Shown in pieces: positions 44,217 through 61,527 of a DNA stretch of 64,000 nt. Below the pieces are notes generated by a model. The model was not told the DNA's origin and ran no database searches. It worked only from the letters and a program-made list of their open reading frames with translations. Source of the stretch: Escherichia coli (GTDB lineage Bacteria > Pseudomonadota > Gammaproteobacteria > Enterobacterales > Enterobacteriaceae); assembly GCF_003334255.1 (NCBI RefSeq), contig NZ_QOWU01000001.1; one strand, given 5' to 3'. A program made the position numbers and the translations under genes. Each line of letters begins with the position of its first letter. Positions within the stretch are counted from its first letter, which is position 1.

Positions 44217-45408
44217 GCAACTCTGGCGCTGGCATGGCATAACCGGCGACGGCAATGCGCAAGATGGGATGCTATGGGCAGAGAGCCGTACTTTACTGCT
44301 TATGGCACTACAGCAACAGATGGTTACCCCACTAAGCCTGAAGCGAATCGCCATCAATTCTGCGCAGTGGCGAGGAGATAAAAGCGCGGAAGTCATTCAT
44401 CAACTGGCGACGCTACTCAAAGCAGGGTTAACGCTTTCTGAAGGGCTGGCTCTGCTGGCGGAACAGCATCCCAGTAAGCAATGGCAAGCGTTGCTGCAAT
44501 CGCTGGCGCACGATCTCGAACAGGGCATTGCTTTTTCCAATGCCTTATTACCCTGGTCAGAGGTATTTCCGCCGCTCTATCAGGCGATGATCCGCACGGG
44601 TGAACTGACCGGTAAGCTGGATGAATGCTGCTTTGAACTGGCGCGTCAGCAAAAAGCCCAGCGTCAGTTGACCGACAAAGTGAAATCAGCGTTACGTTAT
44701 CCCATCATCATTTTAGCGATGGCAATCATGGTGGTTGTGGCAATGCTGCATTTTGTTCTGCCGGAGTTTGCCGCTATCTATAAGACCTTCAACACCCCAC
44801 TACCGGCACTAACGCAGGGGATCATGACGCTGGCAGACTTTAGTGGCGAATGGAGCTGGCTGCTGGTGTTGTTCGGCTTTCTGCTGGCGATAGCCAATAA
44901 GTTGCTGATGCGCCGACCGACCTGGCTTATAGTGCGGCAGAAATTGCTGTTACGCATCCCGATTATGGGTTCACTGATGCGGGGACAAAAACTCACGCAG
45001 ATCTTTACGATTCTGGCGCTGACACAAAGTGCAGGCATTACTTTTTTACAGGGCGTAGAGAGCGTCAGAGAAACAATGCGCTGCCCGTACTGGGTGCAAC
45101 TTCTGACACAAATCCAGCACGATATCAGTAACGGTCAACCCATCTGGCTGGCGCTAAAAAATACCGGTGAGTTTAGCCCGCTCTGTTTGCAATTAGTGAG
45201 AACAGGAGAGGCATCCGGCTCTCTGGATCTCATGTTAGACAACCTCGCCCATCATCATCGGGAAAACACAATGGCGCTGGCGGATAACCTCGCAGCCTTA
45301 CTGGAACCGGCGTTGCTGATCATAACGGGAGGAATTATTGGTACGCTGGTGGTGGCAATGTATCTGCCAATTTTCCATTTAGGCGATGCGATGAGTGGGA
45401 TGGGATAA
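44206..45408 (+). CDS. hofC: type IV pilus inner-membrane platform protein (GspF/PilC family)
   Basis: 400 aa, duplicated GspF-type domain with three predicted transmembrane segments; overlaps the hofB end. Confidence 0.9.
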   Translation: MASKQLWRWHGITGDGNAQDGMLWAESRTLLLMALQQQMVTPLSLKRIAINSAQWRGDKSAEVIHQLATLLKAGLTLSEGLALLAEQHPSKQWQALLQSLAHDLEQGIAFSNALLPWSEVFPPLYQAMIRTGELTGKLDECCFELARQQKAQRQLTDKVKSALRYPIIILAMAIMVVVAMLHFVLPEFAAIYKTFNTPLPALTQGIMTLADFSGEWSWLLVLFGFLLAIANKLLMRRPTWLIVRQKLLLRIPIMGSLMRGQKLTQIFTILALTQSAGITFLQGVESVRETMRCPYWVQLLTQIQHDISNGQPIWLALKNTGEFSPLCLQLVRTGEASGSLDLMLDNLAHHHRENTMALADNLAALLEPALLIITGGIIGTLVVAMYLPIFHLGDAMSGMG

Positions 45409-45436
45409 CGCTGGCGTGTTGCTCCACGCCAGCGTT
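45407..45436. terminator. bidirectional stem-loop between convergent hofC and guaC
   Basis: 12-bp perfect stem aacgctggcgtg / cacgccagcgtt with 6-nt loop, overlapping the hofC stop codon. Confidence 0.6.
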
Positions 45437-45442
45437 GGGAGA

Positions 45443-46486
45443 TTACAGGTTGTTGAAGATGCGGTTTTCTTGTTCCTGCACACGAATAAACGTGGTGCGC
45501 TTGGTCAGCTCTTTCAGGCGTGAAGCCCCAACGTATGTACAAGCTGAACGCAGGCCGCCCAAAATATCTCGCGCGGTATTTTCAACCGGGCCTCGCAGCG
45601 GCAGCTTAACGGTTTTACCTTCTGCTGCGCGATATTCCGCAACGCCGCCAACGTGACGTTTCATCGCAGACTCGGAGCTCATGCCGTAGAACAGCATAAA
45701 TTTCTCGCCGTTCTCCTCAACGATGCGACCGCCGCTCTCTTCGTGGCCCGCCAGCATGCCGCCAAGCATGACGAAATCGGCACCGCCGCCAAAGGCTTTC
45801 GCCACATCGCCCGGCGTGGTGCAGCCACCATCGCTGACGATCATTCCGCCCAGACCGTGCGCAGCATCGGCACATTCGATTACCGCAGAAAGTTGCGGAT
45901 AACCGACGCCTGTTTTGACGCGAGTTGTACAAACAGAACCTGGGCCAATGCCAACTTTAACGATATCGGCACCTGAGAGGATAAGCTCCTCACACATTTC
46001 ACCAGTCACTACGTTACCAGCACAAATGGTTTTGGTCGGCCACGCTTCACGCGCTTTCGCAACGAACTGCACGAAGTGTTCGGAATAACCATTCGCCACG
46101 TCAATACAAACGAAGTTTAATGCCGGGTTCAGGTCGAGAATCTGTTTAGTTTTTTCGAAATCCGCATCAGACGTACCGGTAGAAACCATCACATGTTTCA
46201 GCACATCAGCGGAAGAATTGTTGATAAACGCTTGCCACTCTTCGACAGAATAGTGTTTATGCACAGCAGTCAAAATATCAAAAGAAGCCAGCGCAGAGGC
46301 CATAGAAAATGTGCCTACGGTGTCCATATTTGCGGCGATAATCGGCACGCCGGACCAGCTCTGACCTGAATGTTTGAAGGTGAATTGACGTTCCAGTTCA
46401 ACATCGGAACGGCTTTTAAGAGTGGAGCGTTTAGGGCGGATGAGAACGTCTTTAAAACCTAACTTCAGATCTTCTTCAATACGCAT
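45443..46486 (-). CDS. guaC: GMP reductase
   Basis: 347 aa, [35 protein letters not shown]...; IMPDH/GMPR fold with catalytic Cys loop. Confidence 0.95.
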
Positions 46487-46710
46487 GTGCGGATTCCTGG
46501 GGTTAATGGCTATAAGGGTAAGAGCGCAACTCCAGTGACGCTATCATACGCACTAATCAATGCGGCGCAAGACTGCGAAATTGTCTTTTTTTACGCTACA
46601 ATCCCATAAATTTACCTGGTAAATAGTGAGCGAACGTTTCATCAATTTCGCTTTCGTGCACTCATTTTTAACGTTTTGATAATCATGATGAATTCCCGGG
46701 AATATAAATT

Positions 46711-47331
46711 ATGAGGTATATAGTTGCCTTAACGGGAGGCATTGGCAGTGGCAAGAGTACCGTTGCCAATGCGTTTGCTGATCTCGGAATTAACGTCATT
46801 GATGCCGATATTATTGCGCGTCAGGTGGTTGAACCAGGTGCACCTGCGCTACATGCCATTGCTGATCACTTTGGCGCTAACATGATTGCTGCTGATGGAA
46901 CATTGCAGCGCCGGGCCTTGCGCGAGCGGATCTTCGCCAACCCGGAAGAGAAAAACTGGCTTAACGCCCTGCTGCATCCGCTGATTCAGCAAGAGACGCA
47001 ACACCAGATCCAGCAAGCTACTTCCCCCTATGTACTGTGGGTTGTGCCATTGCTGGTAGAAAACTCACTGTATAAAAAAGCGAATCGAGTGCTTGTGGTG
47101 GATGTCAGCCCAGAAACGCAACTTAAGCGCACCATGCAGCGCGATGATGTAACTCGCGAGCATGTCGAACAAATCCTTGCTGCTCAGGCAACGCGCGAAG
47201 CCCGCCTTGCCGTGGCAGATGACGTCATTGATAATAACGGCGCACCGGATGCTATCGCATCGGATGTTGCCCGCCTGCACGCACACTATTTGCAGCTTGC
47301 GTCGCAGTTTGTCTCACAGGAAAAACCGTAA
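46711..47331 (+). CDS. coaE: dephospho-CoA kinase
   Basis: 206 aa, P-loop GGIGSGKST. Confidence 0.93.
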
Positions 47332-48074
47332 TGCAGACCCAGGTCCTTTTTGAACATCCACTAAATGAAAAAATGCGTACATGGCTGCGCATTGAGTTTT
47401 TGATTCAGCAACTCACCGTTAATTTACCCATCGTTGACCACGCTGGCGCGCTGCATTTCTTCCGTAATGTCAGTGAATTACTGGATGTTTTCGAGCGCGG
47501 CGAAGTCCGCACTGAGCTGTTGAAAGAACTTGACCGGCAGCAACGTAAACTCCAGACCTGGATTGGCGTGCCTGGCGTGGACCAGAGCCGTATTGAAGCA
47601 TTAATTCAGCAGTTAAAAGCGGCGGGGAGCGTATTAATTTCCGCGCCGCGTATCGGGCAATTTCTGCGTGAAGATCGTTTGATTGCTCTGGTGCGTCAGC
47701 GACTGAGCATCCCAGGCGGCTGTTGCAGCTTTGATTTACCTACATTGCACATTTGGCTGCATCTACCCCAGGCGCAGCGCGACAGCCAGGTAGAAACCTG
47801 GATTGCCAGCCTGAACCCGCTCACCCAGGCACTTACCATGGTGCTGGATTTAATTCGCCAGTCGGCCCCCTTCCGTAAACAAACCAGCCTGAATGGTTTT
47901 TATCAGGATAACGGTGGCGATGCCGACTTGCTGCGCCTGAATCTGTCGCTCGATTCACAGCTTTATCCGCAAATTTCCGGACATAAGAGCCGTTTTGCCA
48001 TTCGTTTTATGCCGCTGGACACTGAAAACGGACAGGTACCGGAACGTCTGGATTTCGAACTGGCCTGTTGCTAA
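47331..48074 (+). CDS. zapD: cell division protein ZapD (FtsZ-associated)
   Basis: 247 aa, [28 protein letters not shown]...; start overlaps the coaE stop (TAATG). Confidence 0.9.
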
Positions 48075-48083
48075 GGAGTAAAA

Positions 48084-48281
48084 ATGTCAGAAACTATTAC
48101 GGTGAATTGCCCAACCTGCGGGAAAACGGTGGTGTGGGGTGAAATCAGCCCGTTTCGGCCATTTTGCTCCAAACGTTGTCAGCTGATCGACCTCGGAGAA
48201 TGGGCTGCTGAAGAAAAACGAATCCCCAGCAGTGGCGATCTTTCCGAAAGCGATGACTGGAGCGAAGAACCAAAGCAGTGA
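48084..48281 (+). CDS. yacG: DNA gyrase inhibitor YacG (zinc finger)
   Basis: 65 aa, Cys4 motif CPTCGK...CSKRC. Confidence 0.9.
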
Positions 48282-48290
48282 CATTTGTCT

Positions 48291-48496
<206 letters not shown>

Positions 48497-48503
<7 letters not shown>

Positions 48504-48886
48504 CGTTTAAGCTTCGCAATTACCGGTTCATTGGCTGGCGGAAAATCATCGGCATTAAGACCGACCAGCGACATCCACTCACCGGGTTGCCCTTCTTTAC
48601 CCCACGGCTCCCCTTCCCAGCGTTCGACCAGCCAAAACCACAGTGTTATATGCCTGTCCGGGAATTCATATTCCAGTTTTTCAAATAGCGAAAAATGTTG
48701 GGGGGTAATCCCGACTTCTTCCTGAAGTTCACGCACCACCGCCTGTTCCGGCGTTTCACCCATTTCAATTTTACCGCCGGGAAACTCCAGTTTATTCGCC
48801 ATGTGCGCATCTGCTGCGCGACGCGTTATAAAGATTTCATTGTTCTCGTTGCGAATAATACCTACCGCAATTTGCAGCTTTTTCAT
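48497..48886 (-). CDS. mutT: 8-oxo-dGTP diphosphatase (Nudix)
   Basis: 129 aa, Nudix box GGKIEMGETPEQAVVRELQEEVGI. Confidence 0.95.
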
Positions 48887-48945
48887 TGTCTTAAACCTAT
48901 AAAAAAGGCGCAGAATCCTGCGCCTTTTACTTCAACAGTTAGCTT

Positions 48946-51651
48946 TTATTGCAGGCGGCCATGGCACTGCTTGTATTTTTTACCAGAACCGCACGGGCAA
49001 GGATCGTTACGTCCTACTTTGCGCTCTCCGGTTTGCGCCGCCAGTGCAGCTGCGGCTGCAGAGTCGTCATCCTGATGGCTAAGCTGCTGCATTTGCGCTA
49101 AACGCTCGGCTTCCATACGACGCTGTTGTTCCAGCTCCTCAACCTCTTCAGGCATACGTACCTGAACTTTGCTCAGCGTACTGATAACTTCATATTTCAA
49201 CGACTCCAGCATCGCTGCAAACATGGAGAACGATTCACGTTTGTATTCCTGCTTCGGATCTTTCTGTGCGTAGCCACGCAGGTGGATACCCTGACGCAGA
49301 TAGTCCATCGCTGCCAGGTGCTCTTTCCACAGGGAGTCAAGCGTTTGCAGCATGACGCCTTTCTCGAAGTGACGCATCATCTCAGCACCAACCACTTCTT
49401 CTTTACGCTGATACACTTCGATGGACTGCGCCAGAATGCGCTCACGCAGCGTCTCTTCATGCAGTTCTGGTTCTTTATCCAGCCACTCGGCAATTGGCAA
49501 ATCGAGGTCGAAATCGTTCTTCAGACGTTCCTGCAGCCCCGGAATATCCCACATTTCTTCCAGCGACTGTGGTGGAATGTAGGCATCAATGGTCGCTTTG
49601 AACACATCTTCACGAATGCTGTTAATGGTTTCGCTCACATCGCTGACATCCAACAGTTCGTTACGCTGGGAGTAAATGGCGCGACGCTGATCGTTAGCCA
49701 CGTCATCATATTCCAGCAGTTGCTTACGAATGTCGAAGTTACGGCTTTCAACTTTACGCTGGGCGTTGGCAATCGCTTTAGTCACCCACGGGTGTTCAAT
49801 GGCTTCGCCTGGCTTCATACCCAGTTTACGCATCATGCCGGATACTCGGTCGGAAGCAAAAATACGCATCAGCGCATCTTCCATCGACAGGTAGAAACGG
49901 GAAGAACCAGCATCCCCCTGACGACCAGAACGACCGCGCAACTGGTTATCGATACGACGGGATTCGTGACGCTCGGTACCGATGATATGCAGGCCACCTG
50001 CTTCCAGTACCGCATCGTGACGTACCTGCCAGTCGGCTTTAATTTTTTCAATTTGCTCTGCGGTCGGATTTTCCAGCGCGGCAACTTCTGCCTGCCAGCT
50101 ACCACCGAGCACAATATCTGTACCACGACCCGCCATATTGGTCGCGATAGTCACCGCAGCCGGATAACCTGCCTGAGCAACAATCGCCGCTTCGTTGGCG
50201 TGGAATTTGGCGTTCAGGACGTTGTGCTTAATACCGGCTTTGGTCAGTTCGTTTGACACCAGCTCCGATTTTTCGATGGAGATAGTACCCACCAGCACCG
50301 GCTGGCCTTTCGCAGTACGTTCTTTGATATCTTCAATGATCGCCTGAATTTTTTCCGCTTCAGTCATGTAGACCAGGTCCGGCAGATCTTTACGAATCAT
50401 TGGACGGTTGGTCGGAACAACGACGGTATCCAGCTTGTAGATTGAGCTAAATTCGAAAGCTTCGGTATCAGCAGTACCGGTCATCCCCGCCAGTTTTTCA
50501 TACAGACGGAAGTAGTTCTGGAAGGTGATCGAAGCCAGCGTTTGGTTTTCGTTCTGGATCTGCACACCTTCTTTCGCTTCCACAGCCTGGTGCAGACCAT
50601 CGGACCAGCGACGGCCCTGCATGGTACGACCGGTGTGTTCGTCAACGATGATAACTTCACCATCTTTAACGATGTAGTCGACGTCACGGGTAAACAGCGC
50701 ATGAGCGCGCAGCGCCGCCGTTACGTGGTGCATCAGCATGATGTTGGCCGGAGAGTACAGAGACTCCCCTTCATCCATGATGCCCTCTTTCACCAGCAGT
50801 TCTTCAATCAGCACCAGACCACGTTCGGTCAGGTTCACCTGGCGAGATTTTTCGTCCACCGAGAAGTGGCCTTCGCCCTGGAAGGTTTCGGAGTCTTCTT
50901 TTTCCTGACGGATCAGGTGCGGAATAATTTTATTCACGCGTTTATACATTTCCGAGCTGTCTTCTGCCGGGCCGGAAATGATCAGCGGTGTACGCGCTTC
51001 ATCGATCAGGATGGAGTCCACTTCGTCCACCAGCGCATAGTGCAGTTTACGCTGTACACGTTCTTCAGGGCTGAACGCCATGTTGTCGCGCAGGTAGTCA
51101 AAGCCGTATTCGTTGTTCGTACCGTAAGTGATGTCAGCTGCGTAAGCTTCGCGCTTTGCCGGTGCTGGCATGCCCGGCAGGTTGATACCGACAGTCAGGC
51201 CAAGGAATTCAAACAGCGGACGGTTGTTTTCGGCGTCACGTTGCGCCAGGTAGTCGTTGACGGTAACTACGTGCACGCCTTTACCGGTTAGTGCGTTCAG
51301 GTAAGCAGGCAGCGTTGCGGTCAGGGTTTTTCCTTCACCGGTACGCATTTCGGCGATGCAGCGTTCGTTAAGAACCATACCGCCGAGTAACTGAACGTCG
51401 AAGTGACGCATACCAAAGACGCGCTTACTTGCCTCACGTACCACGGCGAAAGCTTCCGGGATCAGATTTTCCAGCACTTCGCCTTTTTCCAGACGTGCAC
51501 GAAACTCTGCGGTTTTCCCTTTCAGTTCTTCGTCGGAGAGTTTTTCCATCTCCGGTTCCATGGCATTGATGATGTTGACCACTTTGCGCATCCGGCGCAG
51601 GGTGCGATCGTTACGACTACCGAAAACTTTAGTTAACAATTTGATTAGCAT
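48946..51651 (-). CDS. secA: preprotein translocase ATPase SecA
   Basis: 901 aa, [25 protein letters not shown]...; DEAD-like motor; C-terminal zinc-binding [14 protein letters not shown]. Confidence 0.97.
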
Positions 51652-51712
51652 AATAAAATCTCAAACGCCCCGCGTTGCGGAGTTAATAAAATGAAGTAAA
51701 GGTTTATTGTTG

Positions 51713-52393
<681 letters not shown>

Positions 52394-52455
52394 TCACCTG
52401 GCCGGAGAGAGTGCCAGATTTGCCAGTCGAATTTTATACGACAGTATAAATGTCG

Positions 52456-53394
<939 letters not shown>

Positions 53395-53473
53395 CTATCC
53401 AACCGAAGTGTACTATACATTCGGCGGGCCAGTTTAGCACAAAGAGCCTCGAAACCCAAATTCCAGTCAATTC

Positions 53474-54625
53474 TTAATCAGCTTGCTTACGCAGGAATGC
53501 TGGGATATCCAGATAATCCGGCTCTTTCGCAGTTTGCGGCGCATTGTCATTCACGACTTTAGCAACCGGCTTCTGCTCCTGGGTCAGCGGAGCCATCCCA
53601 TGCTGCTGGTAGCGATCCATCACTGGCTGCTGAACCTGCTTATTGGTCACCAGAGTGATTTCAGGACGTTTGTCCATGCCGATACCTGTCGCAACAACGG
53701 TTACGCGCAGCTCGTCATTCATATCCGGGTCAAGAGAAGTACCGATAACCACAGTCGCGTTGTCGGAAGCAAATGCACGGATGGTGTTACCTACCGTTTC
53801 GAACTCATCCAGACGCAGGTCGAAGCCCGCCGTGATGTTAACCAGCACGCCGCGCGCGCCAGACAGGTCGATATCTTCCAGCAGCGGAGAAGAGATAGCC
53901 ATTTCAGCAGCTTCTTCCGCACGGTCTTCACCGCTCGCCACGCCAGAACCCATCATTGCGTAGCCCATCTCAGACATTACGGTGCGTACGTCTGCAAAGT
54001 CCACGTTCATCAAACCCGGACGAGTAATCAGTTCAGCGATACCTTGCACAGCGCCTTTCAGTACATCGTTCGCTGCGCCAAACGCATCCAGCAGGGAGAT
54101 ACCGCGGCCCAGAACTTTCAGCAGTTTGTCGTTCGGGATAGTGATCAGAGAGTCCACATGCTTGGACAGTTCAGTGATCCCCTGCTCCGCGAATGCCATA
54201 CGCTTCTTGCCTTCAAAGTTGAAAGGCTTAGTGACGACAGCAACGGTCAGGATACCCAAATCTTTTGCCACTTCAGCGACGACTGGTGCTGCACCTGTAC
54301 CGGTACCACCACCCATACCCGCAGCAATAAAGACCATGTCTGCACCTTCCAGCGCCGCACGCAATGCATCGCGATCCTCATCAGCCGCATTGCGGCCAAC
54401 TTCTGGATTAGCGCCAGCGCCCAGTCCTTTGGTGATACCGCTACCGATTTGAATCGTCTGTCCAACCGCTGTTTTACGCAGCGCTTGTGCATCGGTATTT
54501 ACCGCGAAGAATTCAACACCTTCAATGCGCTCGCGCACCATGTGTTCAACAGCATTACCGCCGCCGCCGCCGACGCCGATGACTTTAATCACCGCGTCAT
54601 TGGTAAGTTCCATTGGTTCAAACAT
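53474..54625 (-). CDS. ftsZ: cell division GTPase FtsZ
   Basis: 383 aa, tubulin signature GGGTGTG. Confidence 0.97.
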
Positions 54626-54685
54626 AGTTTCTCTCCGATTTGTGCCTGTCGCCTGAGGCCGTAATCATCGTCGGCCTCATAAAAA

Positions 54686-55948
54686 TTAAAACTCTTTTCG
54701 CAGCCAACTATTGAGTCGCTTGATCCACGAGCCAACTGATGCTGTAACACGTTTTTCTACTTCAGCTTCACCGTTAAGATGTGACTCTTTCCCATAGTGA
54801 AGCAATCCCACCGCCGTCGAATAATACGGCTCCTGAGCATAATCCGTTAAACCGGTAATGTTCAGCGGCGCGCCGATACGCACTTGCGTATGAAACACGC
54901 GCTGAGCACAGGCTGCAAGACCTTCGATCTGCGCTGCGCCACCGGTTAATACAATGCCTGCCGCCAGGTGATGTTTAACCCCTTGTTGGCGAAGCTTTTC
55001 CTGCAACTGCAATATCTCTTCGTTGACCAGGTTGAGCAGCTCGGTATAGCGCGGCTCGATCACCTCTGCCAGTGTCTGACGTTGCAGACTCCGTGGCGGA
55101 CGACCACCTACGCTCGGCACTTCCACGCTCTCATCTTTTCCAACGATGGAACCCAGCGCACAACCGTGGCGAACTTTAATCGCTTCGGCGTCGCTTGGCG
55201 GCGTGCCAAAGGCGTAAGCGATATCACTGGTCACGACATTGCCAGCATAAGGAATTACCTTAGTGTGGCGCAATGCCCCACCGGTATAAACGGCGATATC
55301 CATTGTACCACCACCGATATCGACGACGCAGACACCCAGTTCACGTTCATCTTCCGTCAATACCGAATAACTTGATGCCAGTCCGGCAAATATCAGTTGG
55401 TCAACTTTCAGCCCACAACGTTCAACCGCTTTGACGATGTTTTTCGCCATATCGTTGTGACATGTGATCAGGTGCACTTTTGCCTGCATCCGCACGCCCG
55501 AAAGTCCTACCGGATTCTTGATCCCTTCCTGATAGTCAATCGCATACTCTTGCGGGATCACATGCAGCACACGATGCTCATCGCGCACACGCACCGATTT
55601 CGCGGTATGGACGACGTTTTCCACATCTTCTTGCGTCACTTCTTCTTCAGAAATAGGCACCATACCAATTTCATTCTGGCAGCTGATGTGCTTACCAGAA
55701 AGCGCCAGATATACCGAAGAGATCTGACAATCTGCCATCAATTCTGCCTGGTCAATGGCGCGTTGTACGCACTTGACCACGGATTCGAGGTCGTTCACCC
55801 CGCCTTTATCCATACCACGCGACGGGCAGCTGCCCACGCCAATGATATTGACCATACCGTCGGGCAGAACTTCCCCTACTAAAGCGGCAACCTTCGCGGT
55901 ACCAATCTCCAGTCCTACTACCAGTTTTCTGTCCGTCGCCTTGATCAT
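54686..55948 (-). CDS. ftsA: cell division protein FtsA (actin-like ATPase)
   Basis: 420 aa, [20 protein letters not shown].... Confidence 0.96.
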   Translation of the reverse strand: MIKATDRKLVVGLEIGTAKVAALVGEVLPDGMVNIIGVGSCPSRGMDKGGVNDLESVVKCVQRAIDQAELMADCQISSVYLALSGKHISCQNEIGMVPISEEEVTQEDVENVVHTAKSVRVRDEHRVLHVIPQEYAIDYQEGIKNPVGLSGVRMQAKVHLITCHNDMAKNIVKAVERCGLKVDQLIFAGLASSYSVLTEDERELGVCVVDIGGGTMDIAVYTGGALRHTKVIPYAGNVVTSDIAYAFGTPPSDAEAIKVRHGCALGSIVGKDESVEVPSVGGRPPRSLQRQTLAEVIEPRYTELLNLVNEEILQLQEKLRQQGVKHHLAAGIVLTGGAAQIEGLAACAQRVFHTQVRIGAPLNITGLTDYAQEPYYSTAVGLLHYGKESHLNGEAEVEKRVTASVGSWIKRLNSWLRKEF

Positions 55949-56775
55949 TGTTGTTCTGCCTGTGCCTGATTTTGTTGCTGAGTAGATTCCTCTGGCGGCA
56001 AGGGCGCCCAGCCTACTGCCGCTCCAGAGTCATAACGCAAATCAACGTAGCTAATCCGTTTGCCATCGGTTTGCGCCTGCTGCTGTAAAACCGGATAAAG
56101 TTCTACAAAGCGAGCCAAACGTTTCATCGTATCGCCCCGGCCAAGATTGAGCTTAATATCGTTATTCAGCGTCAACTGCCAGGAACGCCGCGCGGTCATC
56201 GCCGCTTCCTTCAGAGTAAATCTGTCCTTTGCCAGCATCTGCCCCATTTCGCGATAGCCCTGCAACACTTCATTGGCGCTGCCTTCCGGGCCATACAGCA
56301 TTGGAAGCACCTGCTTGCTGGTGCGTTCTGGCGGCACGCTGAAGGTATTTCCTTCCGCGTCTACCATATGTTGATCATTCCACCGCGCAATCGGCACATA
56401 TTCAACCAGATGAATCTTCAATTCATCAGGCCACTGCTTTCTGACGCTCACCTGCTTAATCCACGGCAGGCGTTGTTCTATTTGCGTCTGGATGATGTTG
56501 ACATCCTGGGTCATAAAGGTACCCGGCTCACCCAATGCCAGGATCGACTGCCGGATATCGTCATTACGTGTGTAATGGCGTTCACCGGTCAACACCAGCT
56601 TTGAGAGCGGCAGGCGTTGCGCATCTTCCATCCAGCCCAACACGACCCAGCCGCTCACCAACACTGTCGTTAAAACGGTCAGCAGGAAAAGGATCCCCGC
56701 CAGACGCGTTCCATTATTGCGGCGAGAAGAAACCTCTTCTTCGCTGTTTCGCGTGTTCAGAGCAGCCTGCGACAT
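55945..56775 (-). CDS. ftsQ: cell division protein FtsQ
   Basis: 276 aa, single transmembrane segment then POTRA-containing periplasmic domain; 4-bp overlap with ftsA. Confidence 0.93.
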   Translation of the reverse strand: MSQAALNTRNSEEEVSSRRNNGTRLAGILFLLTVLTTVLVSGWVVLGWMEDAQRLPLSKLVLTGERHYTRNDDIRQSILALGEPGTFMTQDVNIIQTQIEQRLPWIKQVSVRKQWPDELKIHLVEYVPIARWNDQHMVDAEGNTFSVPPERTSKQVLPMLYGPEGSANEVLQGYREMGQMLAKDRFTLKEAAMTARRSWQLTLNNDIKLNLGRGDTMKRLARFVELYPVLQQQAQTDGKRISYVDLRYDSGAAVGWAPLPPEESTQQQNQAQAEQQ

Positions 56776-56776
56776 A

Positions 56777-59165
<2,389 letters not shown>

Positions 59166-59218
59166 TCTTTACGCCATTAACTTCTTAAATTCATACGATG
59201 CAAAAGGCATCGCTACAA

Positions 59219-60286
59219 TTACGCCCGGGCAACCCGGCTCACTTCATTTGCCACTCGCTCGGTGGCATCCGGAATGGATGCAGCGCGGGCGCGTTCTGCC
59301 ATGGTTAATAAGGTTTCTCGCGACCACCCGGCCAGGGTGTTGGCGACAGCATCCACGCTAAGCTGTGGCTGCTCGATAATTTTGGCTGCGCCCGCTTTTT
59401 CCAGCGGTAGCGCATTCCAGTATTGCTGGCGGTCTTTATGTTGAAACGGCACAAACAACGCCGGTAGTCCTGCCGCGGCGATTTCACTCACCGTTAACGC
59501 ACCGGAGCGGCAAACGACGACATCCGCCCACGCATACGCCGCCGCCATATCATCAATAAATTCCGTCACTTTATGCTGCGGTTGCCCCGCTTCGGCATAC
59601 GCCTGTTCAACGGATTGTTGCGAACCTTTGCCGCTCTGATGCCAGATAGTGACTGAATCACCCAGTTTCGCAGCAACCTGCGGCATTGTCTGGTTAAGAA
59701 TGCGTGCGCCCTGAGAACCACCCACTACCAGCACACGAACCGGACCTTCACGTCCAGCCAAACGTTGCTGCGGCAACGGCAGCGCCAACACATCGGTACG
59801 CACCGGGTTACCCACTACTTCCGCATTAGGGAAAGCACCTGGAAACGCCTGCATCACTTTGGTGGCAATCTTCGCCAGCCATTTATTGGTTAAGCCCGCA
59901 ATACCGTTTTGTTCATGAAGTACAACCGGAATGCCTAACGACCACGCGGCCAGACCACCTGGACCTGACACGTAGCCTCCCATACCGAGCACCACGTCAG
60001 GTTTGTACGCTTTCATAATCGCCCGCGCCTGACGCCAGGCGTTGAAGATACGCAGCGGGGCAGCTATCAGTGCTTTTATACCTTTTCCACGCAGACCAGA
60101 GATACGAATGAAATCAATTTCGATGCCATGTTTTGGCACTAAGTCCGCTTCCATACGGTCGGCAGTCCCCAGCCAGCGAACTTGCCAACCCTGAGCCATT
60201 AGATGGTGCGCAACCGCCAGTCCCGGGAATACATGTCCACCGGTTCCGCCTGCCATCACCATTAATCGCTTTCCTTGACCACTCAT
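59219..60286 (-). CDS. murG: UDP-GlcNAc:lipid I N-acetylglucosaminyltransferase
   Basis: 355 aa, [26 protein letters not shown].... Confidence 0.95.
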
Positions 60287-61527
60287 CGTGAACCTCGTAC
60301 AAACGCCTGCGCTTTCTCCAGACGCGTTTCATAATCAATACGCAACAGCATCATGATGGCTGTCGACATAATCAGTAAGCTCGAACCACCGTAACTGATC
60401 AGCGGCAATGTCAGACCTTTGGTCGGTAACATCCCCGCCGCCGCGCCTACGTTAACCAGCGCCTGGAAGCTAAACCAGATGCCAATAGAACAGGCGAGAA
60501 AACCGGAAAAACGGTGGTCAATTTCTAATGCTTTACGGCCAATCGACATCGCGCGAAAAGCGACGAAGAATACCATTAAAAGTGCCAGCACCACACCGAC
60601 ATACCCCAGTTCTTCGCCGATAATGGCGAAAATAAAGTCAGTGTGCGCTTCCGGCAGATACTCCAGTTTTTGTACCGAGTTACCTAAACCTTGCCCCCAA
60701 AGTTCGCCGCGACCAAACGCCATCAGCGATTGCGTTAACTGATAGCCGCTGCCAAAGGGATCTTCCCACGGGTTCCAGAATGCGGTAACACGGCGGATAC
60801 GGTACGGTTCGGCGAGTATCAGCAACACAACCGCTGAAATGCCCATACCGATAATGGCAATGAACTGCCACAATTTCGCTCCCGCCAGGAACAACATCGC
60901 CAGCGTAGTCACAAACAACACCACCACCGTACCAAGGTCTGGCTGTGCCAGCAGTAACACTGCCAACACCAGAATCACGCCCATCGGTTTCAGGAAGCCG
61001 CGCAGGTTATTACGTACTTCGTCGCCTTTACGCACCAGATAGTTGGCGATATAGCAAAACAGCGACAGTTTTGTCAGCTCCGCAGGCTGGATACGCAGCA
61101 AACCGAGATCGATCCAACGCGATGCCCCTTTAACCGAGCTACCCACTACCAGGACGATCATCAGCAGGATGATAGATCCGAGCAGCATCGTGGCACTGTA
61201 GCGTTGCCAGAACTCCATCGGCAGACGCAGCGTAATGATCGCCAGAATAAACGCCAAAATCAGATAGACACCATCACGCTTCGCGAAGAAGAACGGATCG
61301 TTGGTTAAGCGTTGCCCTATGGGCATTGACGCCGAGGTCACCATGATAAAGCCAATCGCCGCGAGGCCGAAGGTCAGCCACAGTAAAGTGCGATCGTACA
61401 TGATCAGGCTGTCGGTATCTTTTTCCCGCGAGCCCATCACCCAGCCCTTTAGCGCCGTGGAGATCCAGACCAGGATACTGAATCCTGGCAGGCGCGGCAT
61501 TTTCAGGCGAGGGAGAGATAAACGCAT
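60283..61527 (-). CDS. ftsW: peptidoglycan glycosyltransferase / lipid II flippase FtsW (SEDS family)
   Basis: 414 aa from [16 protein letters not shown]... (the track has one additional upstream Met at 61530); about 10 predicted transmembrane helices. Confidence 0.92.

Noticed and set aside
49126-51291. 376-aa and 249-aa plus-strand ORFs antisense to secA
   Set aside because: Shadow ORFs inside secA; no independent start context or conserved motifs.
53483-54664. 393-aa plus-strand ORF antisense to ftsZ
   Set aside because: Shadow ORF within ftsZ; implausible composition and no RBS.
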